A DNA stretch of 19,854 bases from a virus: UHGV virus genome UHGV-0075699; one strand, given 5' to 3'. A model generated the notes under the pieces. That model was not told where the DNA came from. It did not search any database and was given only the letters and a program-made list of their open reading frames with translations. Positions within the stretch are counted from its first letter, which is position 1, and each line of letters opens with the position of its first letter. The translations under genes and the position numbers were made by a program. Positions 14,006 through 19,854 of this stretch are shown here, piece after piece.

Positions 14006-14377
14006 ATGAGTAATGATCGTATGACAGTCGTACCCGATTTCCTGGGTGAGCTGGACGCCGGCGTGTTCATGAACAAGATTGCGGCGGCTCTTAATACCAC
14101 CGCGCTCGGCGTTCTGAACAACGGCAACAAAGGCAAGGTAGTCCTCACCTTTGATTTTGAGCGTATGGGCAACTCTGTTGAAGAGAAGCGCGTCAAGATT
14201 AAGCACAAGCTGAACTACAGCACACCAACTCCCCGTGGCAAAGCGTCGGAAGAGGACACCACCGAAACACCAATGTGGGTCAACAAAGGCGGAAAGCTCA
14301 CCATCCTGCAGGAAGATCAGGGGCAGCTGTTCGGGATCACCGGCACGGTGGATGGAAAGCTTAAAGCGGCTCAGTGA
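14006..14377 (+). CDS. Hypothetical early-left protein (123 aa), YfdP-like by size and position
   Basis: ORF with GAGGG RBS 7 nt upstream; first gene after the pL leader; followed by DUF2303-like and HD-domain genes in the order recalled for E. coli CPS-53 yfdP-yfdQ-yfdR. Confidence 0.5.
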   Translation: MSNDRMTVVPDFLGELDAGVFMNKIAAALNTTALGVLNNGNKGKVVLTFDFERMGNSVEEKRVKIKHKLNYSTPTPRGKASEEDTTETPMWVNKGGKLTILQEDQGQLFGITGTVDGKLKAAQ

Positions 14378-14433
14378 TCCGCACCAACAAATTCACTGAT
14401 ACCACTTCGCTCATCAGTTAATAAGGAATTTTT

Positions 14434-15261
14434 ATGTCTCAGTTAGACAGCGGTACTTTTCAGCAGGTTAAAGACCTGGTGCTTTCCGGTTATCACCTGA
14501 ACGATATCCACGGTCTGGCCTGTCCGACGACCATTCTCCCGGAGGGAACCGAGGTCGCGAGTCTTGAGCGTTTCTCCCTGGAACGCTTCCGCTTCCGTGG
14601 CGCTATGGACACTACCAGCATTGATGATTTCGTTCGCTATTCCGCTGGCTATGCCAAAGAAGATGAAAAAGCACGTTGCTTCATCGATGCCGATAACATG
14701 CTGGCGCGCTCTATCTTCAACATCGGTACGCTGGATAACCCAGGCCACGCTGATAACGTCGCGTCAATCAAACTGAAAAAAACCGCCCCATTCCGCGCGC
14801 TGCTGTCGATCAACGGCGATCACCTTAATCAGAAGCAAATCGCCGAATGGCTGGAAGACTGGAGTGATTACCTTATTGCGTTCGATGCCGACGGCAAAAC
14901 GATGAAAATCGCCCAGGCAGCACAGGCAGTTCGCCGCGTCACCATTCAGCAAACTAACGCCTCCGATCATGAGGATGGTGATTTCAGTGGCAAAAAATCG
15001 CTGATGCAGAGTATCGAAGCCAGCAGTAAAGACGTGATGCCGGTAGCGTTCGAGTTCAAATGTGTGCCGTATGAAGGACTCGGCGAACGTGCATTCAGCC
15101 TGCGCAACAGTCTGCTGAAAAGTTCTGACCCGGTATTCGTCCTGCGTATCGTCCAGCTGGAAGCCCAGGAAGAAGCTATCGCTAATGAGTTCCGCGATCT
15201 GCTGACTGGTAAGTTCGACGGCAAGCCAGTGGAAACCTTTATCGGCAACTTCAAAGCCTGA
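14434..15261 (+). CDS. DUF2303-like protein (YfdQ-like), 275 aa
   Basis: ORF with TAAGGAA RBS; size and gene order correspond to the recalled CPS-53 yfdQ; no catalytic motif recognised by eye. Confidence 0.5.
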   Translation: MSQLDSGTFQQVKDLVLSGYHLNDIHGLACPTTILPEGTEVASLERFSLERFRFRGAMDTTSIDDFVRYSAGYAKEDEKARCFIDADNMLARSIFNIGTLDNPGHADNVASIKLKKTAPFRALLSINGDHLNQKQIAEWLEDWSDYLIAFDADGKTMKIAQAAQAVRRVTIQQTNASDHEDGDFSGKKSLMQSIEASSKDVMPVAFEFKCVPYEGLGERAFSLRNSLLKSSDPVFVLRIVQLEAQEEAIANEFRDLLTGKFDGKPVETFIGNFKA

Positions 15262-15275
15262 TTGCTCTCCATTAA

Positions 15276-15300
15276 ATCCCCGGCGCCGCGGGGATTTATT
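15276..15300 (+). terminator. Possible intrinsic terminator or attenuator after the DUF2303 gene
   Basis: ATCCCCG-GCGCCG-CGGGGAT hairpin (7-bp stem) followed by TTATT; weak U-tract, so it may be a partial terminator. Confidence 0.35.
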
Positions 15301-15393
15301 AAAGCGTAATCCTGCAATTAATCGCCACCTAGCGAGGGATTTCTACACCCAAAATTCAGCGCTATGCAGAGCGCTATTAAACGGAGAAATACG

Positions 15394-15921
15394 ATGAGCT
15401 TTATTCAAACACTGTCTGGCAAGCACTTTAACTATAACGATATTCAAGAGGACGCTATCGTCATTGAGGACATTGCAACAGCCCTCTCGCACATCTGCCG
15501 CTTTGCCGGCCATCTGCCGGAATTCTACAGCGTCGGGCAACATAGCGTTCTGGTTAGCCACCTTGTGCCGCAGGAGTTCGCACTCGAGGCTTTACTGCAT
15601 GACGCGGCAGAGGCTTATATGCAAGACATCCCTGCACCACTCAAGCGATTGCTGCCCGACTATCAGGTGATAGAAGCACGTGTTGATGCGGCGATCCGCA
15701 AAAAGTTTGGTCTGCCGGCGGAGCAGCACCCTACCGTTAAATATGCCGACTTAGTCATGCTGGCCAGCGAACGCCGTGATTTCGAGATCGACGACGGCAC
15801 TCACTGGCCTATGCTCGACGGAATTATTCCCACCGACCAATTCGTTATCAATCCCGTTCGCCCAGGTCAGTCCTATGGGATGTTCATGAACCGATTCCAC
15901 CAGCTGATGGAGCGGCGCTAA
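15394..15921 (+). CDS. HD-domain phosphohydrolase (YfdR-like)
   Basis: From the ATG at 15394 (GGAG RBS): MSFIQTLSGKHFNYNDIQEDAIVIEDIATALSHICRFAGHLPEFYSVGQHSVLVSHLVPQEFALEALLHDAAEAYMQDIPAPLKRLLPDY... has the H...HD metal-binding signature (HSVL...LLHDAAEAY) and is collinear with the recalled E. coli YfdR sequence pattern. Confidence 0.7.
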   Translation: MSFIQTLSGKHFNYNDIQEDAIVIEDIATALSHICRFAGHLPEFYSVGQHSVLVSHLVPQEFALEALLHDAAEAYMQDIPAPLKRLLPDYQVIEARVDAAIRKKFGLPAEQHPTVKYADLVMLASERRDFEIDDGTHWPMLDGIIPTDQFVINPVRPGQSYGMFMNRFHQLMERR

Positions 15922-16118
15922 TGGCACACGTAAAAGTAAAAGACCTCGTTGCGGCAGCTCATGCCGCATCACAGGGTTTGCCACCAGCAGAGGCAAAACT
16001 GATGCGTGATATCGCTACCCGTCTGGATGTGACTTATGTCGCGCTGACTGAATCGATGGATATCAATACCGCGCTGTCCGCCGATATTGCCAAGCTGCGC
16101 GAGGTTAGCAATGACTGA
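15921..16118 (+). CDS. Hypothetical small protein (65 aa)
   Basis: ATG overlaps the stop of the HD-domain gene (TAATG); stop overlaps the next gene start. Confidence 0.45.
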   Translation: MAHVKVKDLVAAAHAASQGLPPAEAKLMRDIATRLDVTYVALTESMDINTALSADIAKLREVSND

Positions 16119-16656
16119 TATCGCCCGACTGTTAACCAGTATCAAGCGCCGAGCAGCCCACGTAAAAGAATTCGGTGACGATATTACGTTTGTAAAGCTC
16201 GAAGACCTCGACGCGCTGGTAGAGGCGCTGGAGAAGGCGCAGACCCAATCCTCGAAGTGGCTTGAGGCCTACCACAAAGCCGTATCGATTGGCGCCCGAT
16301 ATGAGGAGCGCATCGCCGAGCTGGAGTTTATCCGCACCAGCGCTGACAAGGTGCAACGTGAGTTTGCCGAAGAACTGGGATGTGCTGGCGACAACGAGTC
16401 GATTTTGCAGGCTATTGAAGACCTGAAGGTACAAAGCGAAACCGCGCTCGAACTGAAGCAGGCAGCATTAGCCGATAATGCCCACCTCAAGCTTGAGCTG
16501 GAGATTCTGGGGTCCCGCACCGTCACCGTGAAGCTGCCTGACTTACGGCAGATTGTATCTGGGGACAGATATGTCTGGTCTGATGGCGTTTATAACTACA
16601 GCCAGGACGTAAAGGTAGCGCTGGCCTCCGCTGGCATCAAGTGGGAGGCTGAGTGA
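16111..16656 (+). CDS. Ead/Ea22-like coiled-coil protein (hypothetical)
   Basis: Start placed at ATG 16111 (ATGACTGA overlap with upstream stop). Long predicted coiled coil (LEDLDALVEALEKAQ...IEDLKVQSETALELKQAALADNAHLKLELE) and conserved-looking C-terminus (TVTVKLPDLRQ...); resembles the Ead/Ea22 family commonly found in this region of lambdoid phages. Confidence 0.45.
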   Translation: MTDIARLLTSIKRRAAHVKEFGDDITFVKLEDLDALVEALEKAQTQSSKWLEAYHKAVSIGARYEERIAELEFIRTSADKVQREFAEELGCAGDNESILQAIEDLKVQSETALELKQAALADNAHLKLELEILGSRTVTVKLPDLRQIVSGDRYVWSDGVYNYSQDVKVALASAGIKWEAE

Positions 16657-16856
16657 TGGCAGATACAACCGCTGAGTGGAGCCTTTCCCTCGATACGCAA
16701 TGCCCGAATTGCAAACACGTTTTCGATTTACGCCCAGAACTGGTTGATTGTGCTTCACCTGTCGAGGCTTGCGAAACAAATACCGTTGCTACGCGCGACT
16801 ATGAGACAGCGTGCCAGGAGTGCGGTCATGAGTTCACTGTCGATTTCATCTACTGA
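16656..16856 (+). CDS. Small zinc-ribbon protein
   Basis: CPNC ... CQEC pairs (two CxxC motifs about 35 aa apart); GGGAGG RBS 8 nt upstream of the ATG; start overlaps the previous stop. Confidence 0.5.
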   Translation: MADTTAEWSLSLDTQCPNCKHVFDLRPELVDCASPVEACETNTVATRDYETACQECGHEFTVDFIY

Positions 16857-16868
16857 AGGAGCCAACCA

Positions 16869-17045
16869 ATGACCAAATCAACCATAACCAGAGAGCGCCT
16901 GGAAAAAATTAAATCATGGCGTGAAACCTATGGAGCTGGAAGCAACGTAATGCTGCCAGCGGAAGAGGCTGAAGAACTGGCGCGTATAGCGCTGGCCGCA
17001 ATGCTCGCAGCCGTTCCACCAGCGTCGACACAGGAGAATATTTAA
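16869..17045 (+). CDS. Hypothetical small protein (58 aa)
   Basis: Manually translated ORF (below ORF-track cutoff) MTKSTITRERLEKIKSWRETYGAGSNVMLPAEEAEELARIALAAMLAAVPPASTQENI with GGAG RBS; fills the gap between the zinc-ribbon and exonuclease genes. Confidence 0.4.
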   Translation: MTKSTITRERLEKIKSWRETYGAGSNVMLPAEEAEELARIALAAMLAAVPPASTQENI

Positions 17046-17046
17046 C

Positions 17047-17616
17047 GTGAACCATTTAATGATCGACCTCGAAACTATGGGCAATAAGCCTGCTGCGCCA
17101 ATTGTTGCGATCGGCGCTGTATTCTTCGACCCGAAAAACGGTGAGCTGGGAGCCGAGTTCTATGTGGCCGTCGACCTCGCTAGCGCTATGGGTCAGGGGG
17201 CAACTCCTGACGGTGACACAATTCTGTGGTGGCTGAAGCAATCAGCTGAGGCCAGGGCCGCGATTTGTACCGACGACACTCATCACATCGATGAAGCACT
17301 TTATGAACTGAGTGACTTCATCAGTCGCAACTCTGAAAACCCGCGTTATCTGAAGGTCTGGGGCAACGGCGCCAACTTCGATAATGTCATTCTGCGAACT
17401 GCGTATGAACGAGCGGGCCGTATATGCCCATGGCAGTTCTGGAATGATAGCGACGTGCGCACCATGGTGCTGCTTGGTCGCCAGTTGGATTTCGATCCGA
17501 AGCGCGATATGCCGTTCGATGGTGTAGCCCACAATGCGCTGGCTGATGCTCGCCACCAGGTGAAATACGTGTCAGCAATTTGGCAGCGCCTGCTGCATAC
17601 CAGCACCGAAGAATAA
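17047..17616 (+). CDS. DnaQ-like 3'-5' exonuclease (DEDDh family)
   Basis: MIDLETMG (Exo I Asp/Glu), VWGNGANFD (Exo II Asp) and GVAHNALADARH (Exo III His and Asp, DEDDh type) in the expected order and spacing. Confidence 0.75.
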   Translation: MNHLMIDLETMGNKPAAPIVAIGAVFFDPKNGELGAEFYVAVDLASAMGQGATPDGDTILWWLKQSAEARAAICTDDTHHIDEALYELSDFISRNSENPRYLKVWGNGANFDNVILRTAYERAGRICPWQFWNDSDVRTMVLLGRQLDFDPKRDMPFDGVAHNALADARHQVKYVSAIWQRLLHTSTEE

Positions 17617-17659
17617 ACCAAAACGCCCGGGTGCAGCCGGGCTGTATGGAGATCCTGTC

Positions 17660-17869
17660 ATGGCAAAACTAATGAAGGCGAGTCAATGGGGCAAACGCGA
17701 ATTTGCCAAAGACTCTATTCCGGATAACCGAACCATTAAACGTTGGGTTGAAAATGGGCTACTCACAGGGAAGATCGTCGACGGTTCTGTTTTCGTCTTC
17801 GAGTCTGAAAAATGGGGAGTCGACTCAATGGTTAATCATACGGTTCGACAGCTAATAAATGAAGGTTGA
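17660..17869 (+). CDS. xis: Excisionase (Xis-like DNA-binding protein)
   Basis: 69-aa protein immediately upstream of and overlapping int; segment NRTIKRWVENGLLTGKIVDGSVFVFES resembles lambda Xis (ETVRRWVRECRIFPPPVKDGREYLFHES). Confidence 0.65.
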   Translation: MAKLMKASQWGKREFAKDSIPDNRTIKRWVENGLLTGKIVDGSVFVFESEKWGVDSMVNHTVRQLINEG

Positions 17870-17871
17870 CC

Positions 17872-19050
17872 ATGGCAGCCAGACCAAGAAAAAGAGAATA
17901 TCGCCACCTTCCAGAATATCTTTTATTTGATAAAGATCGCGGTGTTTATAAATTTACTCTTATAACAGGAAAGAAAAAGAACCTTGGTAAAGATCGAGCT
18001 ATGGCGATTGCTGTAGCTCGCGAATACAACCTAAGAATGAGACCATTAAACGTACCATCTGTTGATGTATTAATTAGGGAATCAGGTGGTATCGCTGGTG
18101 AGGCCAAACCATTTGCTGAATATGTAGACCATATTATGAACCGAGCAATTGAGAATGAGCGGCCATCACAAAATACCCTCGACGATTGGAATAATGATGC
18201 CATTCGTGTGAAAGAATTTTTTATCAATATTCCCGCTTGCGATATTGAACTGGAGCATGTAAACGCCTACATAAACCATTATCATGCTGAAGCTTCAGCA
18301 AACGTACAGAATAGGAAAGTCAGCTTCCTTAAAAAACTTTTCTCCTATGCGGTCGATGAATCATTAATGTTTGATAACCCGGCCACACGTAAAAAGATGC
18401 GCAGGACTGAGGAGAAGAAACGGCAGCGCCTGTCACTCGAACACTTTAAAGCCATCAGACGCGCCGCCGAGCCATGGCTACGGACTGCGATGGATTTAGC
18501 ATTGCAGACGACGCATGCGCGCCTTGAGGTGTCACGAATCCGATATTCAATCAGTGAGCCAAAAGATGGCGTCTGCGGGTGTGTATGGCTTGCACAGCCG
18601 GAAAACGGGATTTATGGCACGCTGTACATTCACCGCCAGAAAGTACAGAAGAAAGAGGCCTCGCATGTCGCAATCCCGATCGGGGAAGAGTTGAAGCGGA
18701 TTATTGACGAAAGCCGCGATAATGTAGCCAGCCCGTTTATCGTTCACCGGATTCCAGATAGGCAGGTTAAGCGTAGTAAAGAAGTTTCACACCCAACACA
18801 GGTTGCGCCGGACTATCTGAGCCGGTCCTTTTCAGCGGTGCGCGACAAACTTGGCTTATGCGACAAACTGGCGATGGACGAAAGACCAACCTTTCACGAA
18901 ATTCGAGCGCTGGCCGCCCATCTTTTTGATCAGCAAGGTATCGATCCGCAAGGACGAATGGCGCACAGTGATGCGAAGTCGACCAAGATTTACACGCAAA
19001 ACCATATCGATTGGGTTGTCGTTCCACATGGTGAAATTAAAGCCGGATAA
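17872..19050 (+). CDS. int: Tyrosine integrase (lambda Int family)
   Basis: C-terminal catalytic region contains PTFHEIRALAAHLF (H-x-x-R box, compare lambda PTFHELRSLSARLY) and the tyrosine-containing STKIYTQNH; arm-binding-type basic N-terminus. Start placed at ATG 17872 (GAAGG RBS); ORF track begins at TTG 17866. Lies next to the tRNA-derived att core. Confidence 0.9.
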   Translation: MAARPRKREYRHLPEYLLFDKDRGVYKFTLITGKKKNLGKDRAMAIAVAREYNLRMRPLNVPSVDVLIRESGGIAGEAKPFAEYVDHIMNRAIENERPSQNTLDDWNNDAIRVKEFFINIPACDIELEHVNAYINHYHAEASANVQNRKVSFLKKLFSYAVDESLMFDNPATRKKMRRTEEKKRQRLSLEHFKAIRRAAEPWLRTAMDLALQTTHARLEVSRIRYSISEPKDGVCGCVWLAQPENGIYGTLYIHRQKVQKKEASHVAIPIGEELKRIIDESRDNVASPFIVHRIPDRQVKRSKEVSHPTQVAPDYLSRSFSAVRDKLGLCDKLAMDERPTFHEIRALAAHLFDQQGIDPQGRMAHSDAKSTKIYTQNHIDWVVVPHGEIKAG

Positions 19051-19203
19051 CTGCTGTTATCTCTAAAATTTGTTGGGGTGAAACTCCCCCCTAACTCATT
19101 GATGTATATAGAGCATATTTTGCTAAAAAAGCACTGTTTGTTTATACATGCAAACATCCCTCTCCACCAGCAATGGCGCGGCTTTCAGCGTTTTGAAAGC
19201 GGT

Positions 19204-19251
19204 GTCATGGGGTGTCGGGGGTCGGAGGTTCAAATCCTCTCGTGCCGACCA
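19204..19251 (+). tRNA. 3' fragment (about 48 nt, anticodon loop to CCA) of tRNA-Pro(GGG); prophage attachment core, not an intact tRNA
   Basis: GTCATGGGGTGTCGGGGGTCGGAGGTTCAAATCCTCTCGTGCCGACCA matches the recalled 3' portion of enterobacterial proL (anticodon GGG, T-loop GGTTCAAATCC, acceptor CGTGCCG-A-CCA). The upstream 30 nt cannot pair with the acceptor 3' strand, so the 5' half of the tRNA is absent here. Confidence 0.55.
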
Positions 19252-19298
19252 AATCATTCACCGGTAGGTTATCTTAACCACCGGTAACCCCTTAAGAA

Positions 19299-19329
19299 CC
19301 CGCATCCTCTCTGAGCCTGCGGGTTTTTT
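19299..19329 (+). terminator. Probable terminator of the host tRNA locus
   Basis: CCCGCA ... TGCGGG inverted repeat followed by TTTTTT, about 50 nt after the tRNA 3' end. Confidence 0.4.
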
Positions 19330-19484
19330 AATGCCCGAATCCGCCCCACCGACACGGTCGCGGTCCGCGCTCGAATCCATCCCCGTTTCCGTGCTGCCGA
19401 TGAACAAACTCCGACCTTACTGATTGTAAAACGAAGAATAGCTTCTATTATTCGTCGTACTTGCCTGACACCGGAACAATTAAT

Positions 19485-19854
19485 ATGAGAGTTAATGGAC
19501 TTACGAAGGGATTTTTTATCCTGATTTTGCTGATGGTCAGCCTCGCCTTTTTTAATGTTCTTTCGCCTTATTATTCAGCCATACTGTGGGCCGCGATTCT
19601 GTCGGTCATCTTCAACCCGGTAAAGAACAAATTGCGGGCTCGCCTCGGTGAGCGCAATGACCTGGCATCGTTGTTGACCGTGGTGATTATCTGCCTGATT
19701 GTTTTCACGCCGCTGGCGATCATCATTTCATCGCTGGCGTTCGAGCTAAACCTGGTTTACACCCGGCTTCAGCATAATGACACCCAGTTTCCGGTGGTGG
19801 TGGCAAACCTGTTTGCCCATCTGCCCGAGTGGGCCAGAAGCTTTCTCTCCGAAC
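19485..19854 (+). CDS. Host inner-membrane protein, probable AI-2E (PerM/YdiK-type) transporter family; N-terminal part, CDS continues past window end
   Basis: Open frame from ATG 19485 to the window end: MRVNGLTKGFFILILLMVSLAFFNVLSPYYSAILWAAILSVIFNPVKNKLRARLGERNDLASLLTVVIICLIVFTPLAIII... shows alternating TM helices and the conserved loop pattern of AI-2E family proteins. Not in the ORF track because no stop codon falls within the window. Confidence 0.45.
   Translation, partial: MRVNGLTKGFFILILLMVSLAFFNVLSPYYSAILWAAILSVIFNPVKNKLRARLGERNDLASLLTVVIICLIVFTPLAIIISSLAFELNLVYTRLQHNDTQFPVVVANLFAHLPEWARSFLSE

Noticed and set aside
13726-14208. Minus-strand 160-aa and 93-aa ORFs
   Set aside because: Overlap the well-supported plus-strand gene at 14006..14377 and the GC-rich leader; would be transcribed against the early-left operon with no promoter.
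14443-14970. Minus-strand ORFs 14443..14748 and 14764..14970
   Set aside because: Antisense to the 275-aa plus-strand gene, which has a good RBS and lies in the operon direction.
17242-17621. Minus-strand ORFs (104, 91 and 63 aa)
   Set aside because: Antisense to the DEDDh exonuclease gene, whose catalytic motifs are clear on the plus strand.
19175-19251. Possible intact tRNA gene
   Set aside because: The 5' sequence (GCGCGGCTTTCAGCG...) cannot pair with the 3' acceptor strand CGTGCCG and has no D-arm; only the 3' half of tRNA-Pro is present.

Overview
This window is the regulatory and early/late-control arm of a lambda-like (lambdoid, cos-packaging) prophage in an enterobacterial chromosome, running from the integrase-proximal attachment junction (right end of window) to the start of the head-packaging genes (left end). 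All calls come from reading the sequence and the supplied ORF translations; no database search was run, so family names rest on recognised motifs and recalled homologs. Plus-strand order (lambda map reversed): terminase large subunit 5' part and Nu1-like small subunit (minus), a cos site nearly collinear with lambda cosN/cosB, a moron zone (two coupled unknown genes, an AT-rich retropepsin-like aspartic protease on the opposite strand), the lysis cassette (Rz with embedded Rz1, secreted GH24 lysozyme, dual-start pinholin-like holin), a hicAB toxin-antitoxin module with palindromic operators inserted between the late promoter/terminator and the lysis genes, Q-like antiterminator, a DUF968-like Cys-rich protein, tandem C5-cytosine and N6-adenine DNA methyltransferases, a replication initiator with in-gene iterons, Rha/antirepressor, CII-like and Cro-like regulators, divergent OR region, CI (LexA-like S24) repressor, a pL-like promoter with the same operator motif, a GC-rich structured leader of unclear nature, an early-left operon (YfdP/YfdQ/YfdR-like proteins, zinc-ribbon protein, DEDDh exonuclease), excisionase, tyrosine integrase, then a 3' fragment of tRNA-Pro (att core) and host DNA with the start of an AI-2E-type membrane protein gene. 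No CRISPR array, rRNA or transposase was seen. The most interesting unexplained parts are the pL leader (13563-14005), the Rz-cos moron zone (1372-2960) and the early-left operon (14006-17616).
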